Source of the DNA: an uncultured Planctomycetia bacterium
GTDB lineage: Bacteria; Omnitrophota; Gorgyraeia; Duberdicusellales; 4484-171
DNA: 62,822 bases
Direction of reading: 5' to 3'
NCBI GenBank assembly: GCA_964635565.1
Contig: CAZWON010000007.1
Coordinates: forward strand, 1-62,822
Below, in pieces: positions 27,662-37,399 of the stretch (position 1 is its first letter; each line of letters begins with the position of its first letter). The translations under genes and the position numbers were made by a program. The notes below the pieces were generated by a model. The model saw nothing but the letters and a program-made list of their open reading frames with translations, did not search any database and was not told the origin of the DNA.

Positions 27662-28735
27662 ATGAGAGAGTCTATTGTTGATAAGGTAAATTTCGGAGAA
27701 AAGTTTCTTGTTGTGAGTGTGAATTGGTTAGGCGATTGCGTGATGAGTTTACCCATATTTAAGGCTATAAAGGATAAATTCCCTGGTGCATTTTTAGCAG
27801 TTATGACAACTCCTCGTGTTAAAGAGCTTTTTGAAAACATTGCTTATATCGATGAAGTTATTGAGTTTGATGAGAGGACAAAAAATAGAAGTTTTTTTGC
27901 TAAGATAAGATTTATTAAGGAGTTAAGGAAAAGAAGATTTGATGTTGCATTTTTTCTGCATCGTTCTTTTACGCGCATATTAATTTGTGCGCTTTCTGGA
28001 ATAAAAAAGAGAATTGGCTATAAGAGAAAAAAGACATCGTTTTTACTCACAATAAAAATAACTCCTCCTCAAAAAGACTCTTTGCATCGTGCTGATTATT
28101 ATTTCTATCTTTTTGAAAAGGTTCAAATTCCTGTGAAAGATAGAATTCCTCATTTGGCAATAAAAGAGAAAGAAGAGAATAAAATTCATCGTTTTTTTGT
28201 AGAACATAAAAAGAGATATTCTTATACTGTTGCTATTAATCCCTCCAGTAACTGGAATTTAAAATCTTGGCCTATTGATTACTTTGTTGAGCTGATTAAG
28301 GAAATGATTTCTCAAAAAATTTGTGTTCTGTTAATTGGTACAAAGAAAGAAGAAAGGATTGCTAATGAAATAGTAAAGAAAGTAGGATTAAAAGACCTCT
28401 TTAGTTTTTGCGGAAAGACTACTTTAAAGGAATTACTTATTATTCTTAAAGGAGTAGATATGTTGATCTCTTCTGATTCAGGCCCAGCTCATTTATCTTC
28501 TGCTGTCGGTACTTCTACAGTTGTATTATTTGGGCCAACTTCTCCTTATATTACTGCACCAAAAGGAGATAAAGTCGTAATTATAAGAAAAGATATTGGT
28601 TGTCGGATTCCTTGCTATAAACTTGATTGTAGAGATAATAGGTGTATGAAAGAGATTACTCCACAATTAGTATGGTCTATAATTAAACCTATTCTTTATG
28701 GGAAATCACAGATTTGCTATAAAGAAGAGGGTTAA
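27662..28735 (+). CDS. waaF: LPS heptosyltransferase II (GT9)
   Basis: NWLGDCVM, SDSGPAHL, FGPT. Confidence 0.8.
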   Translation: MRESIVDKVNFGEKFLVVSVNWLGDCVMSLPIFKAIKDKFPGAFLAVMTTPRVKELFENIAYIDEVIEFDERTKNRSFFAKIRFIKELRKRRFDVAFFLHRSFTRILICALSGIKKRIGYKRKKTSFLLTIKITPPQKDSLHRADYYFYLFEKVQIPVKDRIPHLAIKEKEENKIHRFFVEHKKRYSYTVAINPSSNWNLKSWPIDYFVELIKEMISQKICVLLIGTKKEERIANEIVKKVGLKDLFSFCGKTTLKELLIILKGVDMLISSDSGPAHLSSAVGTSTVVLFGPTSPYITAPKGDKVVIIRKDIGCRIPCYKLDCRDNRCMKEITPQLVWSIIKPILYGKSQICYKEEG

Positions 28736-28819
28736 CTTTAACTTGGAGGATAATAAGATAGAAATTGTTCGTTTACAATATTACTTTATTGATTCTATAA
28801 GAAATAAGATAGGATAAAA

Positions 28820-29746
28820 ATGATTAAGAAGATAATTATTAATTTGCCTACTAATATTGGCGACACCATTCTTGCATTTCCTGCCATAGACTTAATAAGA
28901 GAAAATTATCCTCAGGCAAATATAACAGCAGTAGTTTCCTCTAATACTTGTTCTTTTGTAGAAAGATATAGCGCTGTAAATAGAGTAATAGAGTATAATA
29001 AAAAATGGAAGGTTAGAGAAAAAATGAGCTTTTGTAGAATGCACCGCCATAAGTATGATTTGATGATAGATTTTAAACATTCATTGCTTCCTCTATTCCT
29101 TAGGATATCAAAGAGAACCCCTCTTGTTAGGCTATTTGAAAAAAAAATGCATAAAAAAGATAGATATATAGATTTGATACATAAGTTTATTAACGTTAAT
29201 AATGTAAAACAAAGCACTTTTTTCTTAACTGACAGAGAAAAAGAGAAATGGGATTCATTAAGGTTGAATTCGGCAATATTTATTGCCACTGCTTCTAATT
29301 CTCATCTTAAAAGATATCCTCAGCCTTATTTAAAAAAAGTAATAGAAAAATTAGTGGAGGATTATCCTGTAGTCATTTTAGGGACAGAAAGAGATAGAAA
29401 GTATTATGGTGATATTTTCTCTATAAGAAGAGTTATTGATTTGACAGGTAAAACCAGGATTTTTGAAGTGCATTACCTTCTTAAGAATTTTTCCTCTTTG
29501 GTTATATGTGTTGATTCATCGATTTTACACTTGGCGAGTTATCTAAATCTGCCTGTAGTCGCTTTATTCGGACCTACTGATGAGAAGCTTTATGGTCCTT
29601 ATTCCGATAGACATAGGGTTCTATATGATAAAAATTTAAAATGCCGACCTTGCCAAAAGTCATTCTGCAACAAAGAGAGAGAATGTATGAGAAGAATCTA
29701 TCCTGGTGATGTTTTGATATCAATAAGAGAACTTATCTGTCACTAA
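28820..29746 (+). CDS. GT9 glycosyltransferase
   Basis: NIGDTILAFP, VDSSILHLA, ALFGPT. Confidence 0.85.
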   Translation: MIKKIIINLPTNIGDTILAFPAIDLIRENYPQANITAVVSSNTCSFVERYSAVNRVIEYNKKWKVREKMSFCRMHRHKYDLMIDFKHSLLPLFLRISKRTPLVRLFEKKMHKKDRYIDLIHKFINVNNVKQSTFFLTDREKEKWDSLRLNSAIFIATASNSHLKRYPQPYLKKVIEKLVEDYPVVILGTERDRKYYGDIFSIRRVIDLTGKTRIFEVHYLLKNFSSLVICVDSSILHLASYLNLPVVALFGPTDEKLYGPYSDRHRVLYDKNLKCRPCQKSFCNKERECMRRIYPGDVLISIRELICH

Positions 29747-29761
29747 CGGAGACCGATTATA

Positions 29762-30790
29762 ATGGTAGTTCCTAAAAGAATACTGATTATAAGAACAGAT
29801 AGAATAGGAGATGTTATATTATCTACGCCTGTAATAAAAAATTTAAGATTGGCATATCCGCATAGTTTTATAGCGTTTATGTGCCGTCCTTATACTAAGG
29901 ATATAATTGATGGCAATCCTTATTTAGACGAAGTGATTGTGTATGATAAATATGGAGAGCACAGAAGTTTTCTGTCATCATGGCGTTTTTCTCTTTATCT
30001 AAAAAAGAAAAGATTTGATATAGCAATAATTCTTCACCCTACTAATAGAACACATCTCCTAACTTTCTTTGCAGGAATTCCTTTAAGGATTGGATGGGAT
30101 AAAAAGTTTGGTTTTCTTTTAACTCATAAATTACCTTATACCAAACATACAGGAGAAAAACATGAATTAGAGTATACTTTAGATTTATTGAGGCTGATTG
30201 AAGTTCCTATAAGAGACAAAAACACTTTTTTCCCTATTAAAAAAGAGGCAGAGAGGTTTATAGATAGGTTATTTTTGGAATATAATATTTCTCAAAAAGA
30301 TAAAATTTTTGTTATTCATCCTTCAGCATCGTGTATTTCTAAACGCTGGCCCCAAAAATATTTTATTGAGTTGATAAATCTTATTAAAAAAGAATTTAAT
30401 CCTAAAATATTTATTGTTACTTCCCCTAAAGAAATTATTTATGCTGAGAAAATTATGCAGGCTCATTCCTATCTTATTGATTTACGGGGTAAATTAACTC
30501 TGGCTCAGTTAGGAGCTTTGCTTAAGAAAACAGACATTTTTATTTCGAATGATAGTGGACCTGTTCATGTTGCTTCTGCTTTAAGAGTACCGGTTATATC
30601 TATATTTGGAAGAAATGATAAAGGACTTTCTCCTTTACGTTGGAAGCCTTTAGGGGAAAGAGTATTTTTTTTACATAAGGATGTAGGATGCAGGAGGTGT
30701 TTTGCTCATAATTGCACAAAAAAGTTTTTATGTCTTAAAGCAATAAAGCCAGAAGAAGTTTTTGGATTGGTAAAGAAACTTCTCGTTTAA
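29762..30790 (+). CDS. GT9 glycosyltransferase
   Basis: RILIIRTDRIGD, NDSGPVHVA, SIFG. Confidence 0.88.
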   Translation: MVVPKRILIIRTDRIGDVILSTPVIKNLRLAYPHSFIAFMCRPYTKDIIDGNPYLDEVIVYDKYGEHRSFLSSWRFSLYLKKKRFDIAIILHPTNRTHLLTFFAGIPLRIGWDKKFGFLLTHKLPYTKHTGEKHELEYTLDLLRLIEVPIRDKNTFFPIKKEAERFIDRLFLEYNISQKDKIFVIHPSASCISKRWPQKYFIELINLIKKEFNPKIFIVTSPKEIIYAEKIMQAHSYLIDLRGKLTLAQLGALLKKTDIFISNDSGPVHVASALRVPVISIFGRNDKGLSPLRWKPLGERVFFLHKDVGCRRCFAHNCTKKFLCLKAIKPEEVFGLVKKLLV

Positions 30791-30859
30791 CAATAGTTGA
30801 AAAGATTAAAATAGATAATCAACATTTCTATACCTATTTCCCACCTATCTAAAAAAAAC

Positions 30860-30888
30860 TTGATAACCTTTGGGGATGTTGCTATAAT
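30860..30888 (+). promoter_or_regulatory. Promoter of tRNA-Ile2
   Basis: TTGATA (30860-65), 17 nt, TATAAT (30883-88) with TG at 30880-81. Confidence 0.75.
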
Positions 30889-30905
30889 TTTTATTCACTT
30901 TCTAC

Positions 30906-30982
30906 GGGCCCGTAGCTCAGCTGGTTAGAGCAGTTGACTCATAATCAATTGGTCCGGGGTTCGAATCCCTGCGGGCCCACCA
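30906..30982 (+). tRNA. tRNA with CAT anticodon, probably Ile2 (lysidine)
   Basis: GGGCCCG/CGGGCCC acceptor, GTTGA-CT-CAT-AA-TCAAT, CCA encoded; C4:G69 and C5:G68 pairs are TilS determinants; G1:C72 excludes initiator Met. Confidence 0.9.
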
Positions 30983-30983
30983 G

Positions 30984-31018
30984 ATAGCTAATAGTTCGTA
31001 GCTCATGGCTGATAATAT
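30984..31018 (+). repeat. Heptamer tandem array ATAGNNN-type
   Basis: ATAGCTA ATAGTTC GTAGCTC ATGGCTG ATAATAT. Confidence 0.7.
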
Positions 31019-31044
31019 ATAAATTATTTTGTTCGAGCGATAGG

Positions 31045-31086
31045 CTAAATACTATTCGCTAATCGCTATTCGCTAAGTGCTAAAAT
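31045..31086 (-). repeat. Heptamer tandem array, inverted relative to 30984-31018
   Basis: CTAAATA CTATTCG CTAATCG CTATTCG CTAAGTG CTAAAAT on + strand. Confidence 0.85.
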
Positions 31087-31102
31087 TCGCAAAGCGAATT
31101 TT
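31082..31102. repeat. Perfect palindrome/hairpin immediately before tRNA-Val
   Basis: AAAATTCGC-AAA-GCGAATTTT. Confidence 0.8.
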
Positions 31103-31103
31103 T

Positions 31104-31177
31104 GGGCGATTAGCTCAGCTGGTTAGAGCGCTACGCTCACATCGTAGAGGTCACAGGTTCAAATCCTGTATCGCCCA
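31104..31177 (+). tRNA. tRNA-Val(CAC)
   Basis: GGGCGAT/ATCGCCC; CTACG-CT-CAC-AT-CGTAG; no CCA. Confidence 0.95.
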
Positions 31178-31297
31178 TATTTTATGATAAAAATAGGTAA
31201 AAAGATATTTTAGATTGATGAGAGTAGTTAATATTTTCCTAATAAAATATGGGGACTCCTAAAATAATGGAAGATTATCTGTTGTATATAAAAAATA

Positions 31298-32020
31298 ATG
31301 AACTTAAAAGAAGAGATTAGAAAGCTTATCCACTTGCAGGAGATAGATTCCAAAATCCACTCCTTAATTCATAAACAAGACGTTGATATTCCCTCACAGT
31401 TAGAAGAGTTAAAAAATAATTTTGATAAAAAAAAGAGTATGCTTTCCTCCTTTGAGGAAAAAGTAAAGCAGTTACAGCTTAAACGTAAAGATAAGGAATT
31501 AGATTTATCTTCTAAAGAAGAAAATGTTAAAAAAGCGCAGACTCAGTTATATCAGTTAAAAACTAACAAGGAATATCAGGCTAAGCTTACAGAAATTAAC
31601 TCTTTAAAAGCCGACATTTTTCTTATAGAAGAGGAAATTATTAATTTATTAGATGAGTTAGAGGAAGCAGAGAAAGAGTTAAAAGAGGCAAAAAGAGATT
31701 TAGAAGAAGAAGAAAAGAAATTTAGAGATAGAGAAGCTCGCTTAAAAGAAGAGAAGAAAAGCTTAGAGATGGAAATAAGCAATCTCAGAGATAAAAGGAA
31801 AATTATAACCCAAAGTATAGACAGTAAAATTTTATCTATATATGAGAGGTTGCTTAAGACACGTAATGGTCTTGTTATTGCCAGTGTTGATAATCAAAAC
31901 TGTACCGCCTGTCATATGAGAGTAACCCCGCAGACAATTAATGAAATAAAAATGTATAAAGATCTGGTTTTCTGTGAGATGTGCGTTCGTATTCTTTATA
32001 TAAAGGAAGATTTTTCTTAA
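31298..32020 (+). CDS. C4-type zinc-ribbon coiled-coil protein (DUF164 type)
   Basis: Long coiled coil; CTAC...CEMC. Confidence 0.9.
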   Translation: MNLKEEIRKLIHLQEIDSKIHSLIHKQDVDIPSQLEELKNNFDKKKSMLSSFEEKVKQLQLKRKDKELDLSSKEENVKKAQTQLYQLKTNKEYQAKLTEINSLKADIFLIEEEIINLLDELEEAEKELKEAKRDLEEEEKKFRDREARLKEEKKSLEMEISNLRDKRKIITQSIDSKILSIYERLLKTRNGLVIASVDNQNCTACHMRVTPQTINEIKMYKDLVFCEMCVRILYIKEDFS

Positions 32021-32024
32021 ACTT

Positions 32025-32432
32025 ATGGGTATAAGAGTTTACATTGATGGTGCTTCTATTGGTAATCCAGGAAAAATGGGAATAGGTTATTTAATTTATA
32101 AAGATACAATTCTTTTAAAAAAGAAAAGCTTTTATTTAGGGATAGGGACAAATAACTTTGCTGAGTATATGGCACTCTTAGCATCATTGATAGAAGTTTT
32201 GTCTATGGGTGAAAAGGAATGTTATGTTTATTCTGATAGTAACCTTTTATGTGAACAACTGAAAGGTAACTTTAAAGTAAAAAGCAAGAATATTTATCCC
32301 CTTTTTGTTATGGTAAAGGATGTGGTCGCAAAATTTAAAAGTTTTAGTATAAACTATATATCACGAGAAAATAATAAAGATGCTGATAGATTAGCCAAGG
32401 AGGCAGCAAATTTTCTTACAATAATTAATTAA
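32025..32432 (+). CDS. rnhA: Ribonuclease HI
   Basis: DGASIGNPG, NNFAEY, SDS, NKDADRLA. Confidence 0.92.
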   Translation: MGIRVYIDGASIGNPGKMGIGYLIYKDTILLKKKSFYLGIGTNNFAEYMALLASLIEVLSMGEKECYVYSDSNLLCEQLKGNFKVKSKNIYPLFVMVKDVVAKFKSFSINYISRENNKDADRLAKEAANFLTIIN

Positions 32433-32481
32433 TTTTTTAAAATGGATGAGGGCAGAGGCCCTTTATTTTGAGGAGGTAGAA

Positions 32482-33243
32482 ATGAGTGGACATTCAAAAT
32501 GGGCAGGAATAAAACATAAAAAAGCAGCTCAAGATGCAAAAAGGGGAAGAATCTTTACCAAATTGATAAGAGAAATAACTGTTGCTGCTAGAGAAGGAGG
32601 GGGTAATCCTGATACCAATCCTCGGTTACGTACTGCCATTGACAGAGCACGTGATGCTAATATGCCTCAGGATAATATTGATAAGGCAATAAAGAGAGGT
32701 ACAGGGGAATTACCTGGCGTTACTTATGAGTCCTGCATTTTTGAAGGTTATGGTCCAGGAGGGGTAGCTATAATGGTTGAAGCTCTTACTGATAATAAGA
32801 ATCGTACTTCTGCGGAGATTAGAAATATATTCTCCAAACGGGGAGGAAATATGGCAGGCAGTGGTAGTGTCTCTTGGATTTTTAATAAAAAAGGATATAT
32901 TCTTATTGATAAGAACCAGGGGAGTGAAGATGATATTTTTGCTATAAGTGTTGATGCAGGAGCGGAGGATATGAAAGCAGAAGGCAAAAATTACGAGATT
33001 TTTTGTGACCCTCATGATTTTGAAACAGTAAAAAATTCTATTAAGGAAAAGAATATAAAGTGGGAGCTTGCTGAGCTTACAATGTTACCTACATCTACTG
33101 TCCAGGTAACAGGACAGACTGCCAAACAGCTCCTTGCTCTTATAGAGGCTTTAGAGGAACATGACGATGTTCAGAAAGTTTATGCCAATTTTGATATTCC
33201 TGAAGAAGTGTTAGAAGAGATAGCTCATGAGCTTTCTAAATAG
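32482..33243 (+). CDS. yebC: YebC/PmpR family protein (start moved to ATG 32482)
   Basis: MSGHSKWAGIKHKK; SD GGAGG upstream. Confidence 0.96.
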   Translation: MSGHSKWAGIKHKKAAQDAKRGRIFTKLIREITVAAREGGGNPDTNPRLRTAIDRARDANMPQDNIDKAIKRGTGELPGVTYESCIFEGYGPGGVAIMVEALTDNKNRTSAEIRNIFSKRGGNMAGSGSVSWIFNKKGYILIDKNQGSEDDIFAISVDAGAEDMKAEGKNYEIFCDPHDFETVKNSIKEKNIKWELAELTMLPTSTVQVTGQTAKQLLALIEALEEHDDVQKVYANFDIPEEVLEEIAHELSK

Positions 33244-33744
33244 ATGATGCGTGTTTTAGCGGTTGATGTTGGTTTAAGAATAAGTGGTTATGTTGTATGT
33301 GAAGTTAATAATTTTAATATCCGGTTAATTAGAGAAGGAGAAATAAAACCACCTAAGGATAAAAGATTGTCCCAAAAGTTATTTTTTATTTATAAAGAGT
33401 TAGCTCAAATTATAGAAGAGTTTCGTCCCCGAGCATTAATTGCAGAGAAGTTATATTCTCATTATCGTCATCCTACAACAGTATCTTTGCTCTCTCATGT
33501 AAAGGGTACTATTCTTATTTTAGGAGAAATTTATAAGATAGATTTTTACGAATATTCTCCTACAAAGGCAAGAAAATCCTTTTTAGGCAAGGGGAGTGTC
33601 CATTCTTATCAGGTAAAGAGAATGGCAGAAAATATTTTGGGATTGAAATTAAAATCACAACATACCGCTGATGCTTTTTCTTTAGTGGTTGCATTTTCTC
33701 ATAATTTAAAGAAGAAGTTGTTAGAAAATGATTGGGAAGATTAA
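33244..33744 (+). CDS. ruvC: Holliday junction resolvase
   Basis: VLAVDVG, AEKLY, HTADA. Confidence 0.9.
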   Translation: MMRVLAVDVGLRISGYVVCEVNNFNIRLIREGEIKPPKDKRLSQKLFFIYKELAQIIEEFRPRALIAEKLYSHYRHPTTVSLLSHVKGTILILGEIYKIDFYEYSPTKARKSFLGKGSVHSYQVKRMAENILGLKLKSQHTADAFSLVVAFSHNLKKKLLENDWED

Positions 33745-34339
33745 GGGACGTTTAGTAAAGAGGCTCGATGATAGGGTTTTTATTGATGTAGGGGGAGTTT
33801 GTTATGAGATATGCGTTCCTAAAACAGTGAGTTTAAAGCTGGAGAGTGATTTAGAAAAAGAGATTTCTCTCATTATTTATTACTATTTACAGATAGATAA
33901 AAATAGAGCCCTTCCTGTAATGATAGGATTTAGGGATGAATTAGAGAAGGATTTTTTTGTAAGTTTCATTGGAGTGTCAGGAATAGGACCAAAGGCAGCA
34001 TTAAAAGCTTTTGATAAACCTGTTCCTTTGATTGCAAAAGCTATTGAGGAGGGAGACGTTAACTTTTTAGTGAGTTTAGCAGGTATAGGTAAGCAGAAAG
34101 CAAAACAGATCATTGCTCATCTTCAAGGTAAAGTAGGTAGATTTGCTCTCATAAAGGAAAAGCCATTAAAGGAGTCTTTTGCACATAAGGAAATTATTGA
34201 CGAGGCTAAGAAGATTTTAAAACGCTTGCAGTACAGTGCTAAAGAAATAGAAACTATGGTAAAAAAAGCTTTAAGCACATCAGATAAAATTGATAGTGTA
34301 GAAAGCTTACTCAATGAGATTTATCGTAGTACCCGTTAA
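33728..34339 (+). CDS. ruvA: Holliday junction branch migration protein
   Basis: MIGKIKG, VSGIGPKAA, GIGKQKA. Confidence 0.92.
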   Translation: MIGKIKGRLVKRLDDRVFIDVGGVCYEICVPKTVSLKLESDLEKEISLIIYYYLQIDKNRALPVMIGFRDELEKDFFVSFIGVSGIGPKAALKAFDKPVPLIAKAIEEGDVNFLVSLAGIGKQKAKQIIAHLQGKVGRFALIKEKPLKESFAHKEIIDEAKKILKRLQYSAKEIETMVKKALSTSDKIDSVESLLNEIYRSTR

Positions 34340-34341
34340 TT

Positions 34342-34911
34342 ATGAATATTAAATCAATATTGGAGGCTTTATTGTTTGTTAATGAGAGACCAATTTCCTT
34401 AAGTGAGCTTGGTGAAATTGTAGATTTAGATAAAAAATCTGTAACAAGAATTATAGAAGAGCTTAAGGAAGAATACGAACAGAGAAGCTCAGGAATTTGT
34501 ATTGTAAAAGTTGCTGGTGGATATCAGATGTGTTCACACCCTGATAATGAACCGTGGATTAAAAAAATGTATCATAAAAGAAATAAACAGAAACTTTCCA
34601 TAGCATCTTTAGAGACGTTAGCAATTGTTGCTTATAAGCAACCTATAACCAAAATGGAAATAGAGTTAATAAGGGGAGTTAATATAGATGGAGTAATAAG
34701 GCACCTCTTAAAATTAGGATTGATAAAGACTGCGGGTAGAAAAGATGTGGTGGGAAGACCATTTCTTTACATAACTACTCGAAAATTTTTAGAGTATTTT
34801 GGATTAGATTCTCTTAAAGACTTACCTAAGTTAGAAGAGTTTAGTGGTTTTGGAGGGTTAACTGCAACAGAAGAAACAGATAACGTTACCAGCAAAGGAG
34901 GGCAAATATGA
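34342..34911 (+). CDS. scpB: SMC-Scp complex subunit ScpB
   Basis: [28 protein letters not shown]...YFGL. Confidence 0.95.
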   Translation: MNIKSILEALLFVNERPISLSELGEIVDLDKKSVTRIIEELKEEYEQRSSGICIVKVAGGYQMCSHPDNEPWIKKMYHKRNKQKLSIASLETLAIVAYKQPITKMEIELIRGVNIDGVIRHLLKLGLIKTAGRKDVVGRPFLYITTRKFLEYFGLDSLKDLPKLEEFSGFGGLTATEETDNVTSKGGQI

Positions 34912-36047
34912 GATGCTTTTTTACATCAGAATCAGTAACTGAAGGTCATCCTGATAAGATATGTGACCAGATTTCTGATTTAATCTTAGATGCTATTTAT
35001 GAAAAGGATATTACCGGAAGAGTTGCCTGTGAAACATTAGTTACACGGGGGGTAGTGTATATTGCAGGAGAAATAACTACCAGTTGTTATGTAGAGATAC
35101 CTCGCAGAGTAAGAGAGTTGATAAAAGATATTGGTTATGATAATCCCAATATGGGCTTTGATTATGGTAGCTGTGGAGTAATAACTGCCATTCAGGAGCA
35201 GTCTCCTGATATTGCAGTGGGTGTGGATAAAGGAGGAGCAGGAGATCAGGGGCTTATGTTTGGTTATGCTTGTAGACAGACAGAGGAATTTATGCCTTTG
35301 CCTATTATGTTTGCTCATAAGATAGTAAAAAGACTTTCTGAGATAAGAAAAAAGAAGATTGTTGATTATCTCTGTCCTGATGGGAAATCACAGATTACAG
35401 TAGAATACGAGAATAAAGAACCTAAAAGAATAGAGACAATAATTATTGGAGCGCATCATAATAGCTCTGTTAAAACAGAGGTTTTACGGGAAGATATAAA
35501 AAGGTTAGTTATTGAAAAGGTTATACCAAAAGAATTAGTGGATAAGAACACCAAAATTTTTATCAATGCTACAGGAAGATTTGAAATAGGAGGTCCTGTG
35601 GCTGATACAGGAGTAACAGGAAGGAAAATTATGGTAGATACCTACGGAGGATGGGCACGCCATGGAGGAGGTTGTTTTAGTGGTAAAGATCCTACTAAAG
35701 TTGACAGGTCTGCTTCGTATATGGCACGTTATATTGCTAAAAATATCGTTGCTAGCAAGATAGCTGAAGAATGTGAGGTGCAACTTGCTTACTGTATTGG
35801 TATAAAAGATCCTGTGGGAGTAATGGTTGATACAAAAGGTACTGCTAAAGTAGATGAAAAAAAACTTCCTATAGCCGTAAGAGAAATTTTTCCCTTAACT
35901 CCTCAAGGAATTATAGAAACATTAAGGTTATTAAGACCAATATATAAAAATACTGCTTCTTATGGTCATTTTGGAAGGAATGAAGAAGGGTTTAGTTGGG
36001 AAAAAACTGATAAGATAGAAGAACTAAGGAGATTTTTTAAACTATAA
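34908..36047 (+). CDS. metK: S-adenosylmethionine synthetase
   Basis: [30 protein letters not shown]. Confidence 0.98.
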   Translation: MRCFFTSESVTEGHPDKICDQISDLILDAIYEKDITGRVACETLVTRGVVYIAGEITTSCYVEIPRRVRELIKDIGYDNPNMGFDYGSCGVITAIQEQSPDIAVGVDKGGAGDQGLMFGYACRQTEEFMPLPIMFAHKIVKRLSEIRKKKIVDYLCPDGKSQITVEYENKEPKRIETIIIGAHHNSSVKTEVLREDIKRLVIEKVIPKELVDKNTKIFINATGRFEIGGPVADTGVTGRKIMVDTYGGWARHGGGCFSGKDPTKVDRSASYMARYIAKNIVASKIAEECEVQLAYCIGIKDPVGVMVDTKGTAKVDEKKLPIAVREIFPLTPQGIIETLRLLRPIYKNTASYGHFGRNEEGFSWEKTDKIEELRRFFKL

Positions 36048-36074
36048 CTTGTAAGAAAGAGAGGATAAAAAAGG

Positions 36075-37364
36075 GTGAAGATGAAATCAGACATAAAGGA
36101 TAAATTTCTGAAAAAAGAAGGTAAAAGACGAATTAATTGGACATTGCAGAGAATGCCGGTTTTAGAGTTGATAAGAAAAAGATTTTACCAAAGAAAGCCT
36201 TTTAAAAATATTAATATAGCCGCTTGTTTACATGTTACTGCAGAAACTGCCAGTTTAGCTATCACCCTAAAAGAAGGAGGGGCAAATATAAAAGTATGTG
36301 CGTCAAATCCCTTATCTACCCAGGATGATGTAGCTGCTTCTTTGGTATATGATTTTGGTATTTCTGTATTTGCTATTAGAGGAGAGGATAGAAAGGTTTA
36401 TTATAAACATATTTATTCTGTTTTAGCGAACAATCCCCATATTACTATGGACGATGGAGCAGATTTAGTTTCTGTGATTCATAAAGAGTTCGCTAAAAGT
36501 TCTAAGATTGTTAAACATTTTCCTTGGGCTGGGACAGAGGAGACTACAACAGGGGTAATTAGGTTACGTGCTTTAGAAAAAGAAGAAAGATTGCTTTACC
36601 CTATTATTGCAGTTAATGATGCTTATACTAAGCATCTTTTTGATAATCGTTATGGAACAGGACAATCTACAATAGATGGTATTATTCGTGCTACAAATAA
36701 GTTAATTGCAGGATGTACTTTTGTTGTTTGTGGTTATGGATGGTGTGGTAAAGGTATAGCCCGCCGTGCTCAAGGTTTAGGAGCAAATGTTATTATTTGT
36801 GAGGTAAATCCTTTAAACGCTCTTGAAGCAGTAATGGATGGTTTTAGGGTAATGCCTTTAAAAGAAGCAGCACGCATAGGAGATATATTTGTTACAGCTA
36901 CAGGAGATAAAAATGTTATTACAGAGGAACATTTTCTTCTTATGAAAAATAAGGCTATTTTGGCTAATTCTGGACATTTTGATGTAGAAATTGATTTAGA
37001 AAGTTTAAATAAAATGGCTTTAAAGAAAAAAGATGTAAAACCCTTGGTTACAGAATACGCAATAGGCAATACACAATACGCCAAACTTAAAAAAATATAT
37101 GTTTTGGGAGAGGGAAGGTTGGTAAATTTAGCTTGTGCTGAAGGCCATCCTGCAGAGGTTATGGATTTAAGTTTTGCTAATCAGGCGTTAGCTTGTGAGT
37201 ATATTGTAAAAAATTATAAAAAGTTAGAAAAAAAAGTATATTCTGTGCCCTATGAGATTGATATAAAAGTAGCCCGTCTTAAATTAGAAGCACTGAAAGT
37301 TAAAATAGATAAATTAAGTAAAGCTCAAAAAAAATATCTTTCTAGCTGGCAGGAAGGGACATAA
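36075..37364 (+). CDS. ahcY: Adenosylhomocysteinase
   Basis: ACLHVT, EETTTG, DNRYGTGQS, GYGWCG, GRLVNL. Confidence 0.97.
   Translation: MKMKSDIKDKFLKKEGKRRINWTLQRMPVLELIRKRFYQRKPFKNINIAACLHVTAETASLAITLKEGGANIKVCASNPLSTQDDVAASLVYDFGISVFAIRGEDRKVYYKHIYSVLANNPHITMDDGADLVSVIHKEFAKSSKIVKHFPWAGTEETTTGVIRLRALEKEERLLYPIIAVNDAYTKHLFDNRYGTGQSTIDGIIRATNKLIAGCTFVVCGYGWCGKGIARRAQGLGANVIICEVNPLNALEAVMDGFRVMPLKEAARIGDIFVTATGDKNVITEEHFLLMKNKAILANSGHFDVEIDLESLNKMALKKKDVKPLVTEYAIGNTQYAKLKKIYVLGEGRLVNLACAEGHPAEVMDLSFANQALACEYIVKNYKKLEKKVYSVPYEIDIKVARLKLEALKVKIDKLSKAQKKYLSSWQEGT
37054..37081 (+). repeat. Four-unit heptamer tandem repeat inside ahcY
   Basis: AATACGC AATAGGC AATACAC AATACGC. Confidence 0.85.
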
Positions 37365-37399
37365 TAAGTATAGACTTATAAAGTCAAGGATGGTGATAT

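Noticed and set aside
28698-28817. 39-aa ORF (…LEDNKI…) as a Trm112-like remnant after waaF
   Set aside because: Similarity is a few residues only, with no Cys motif; not supportable.
30984-31102. Repeats as a CRISPR array
   Set aside because: Units are 7 nt and contiguous with no spacers; no cas genes in the window.
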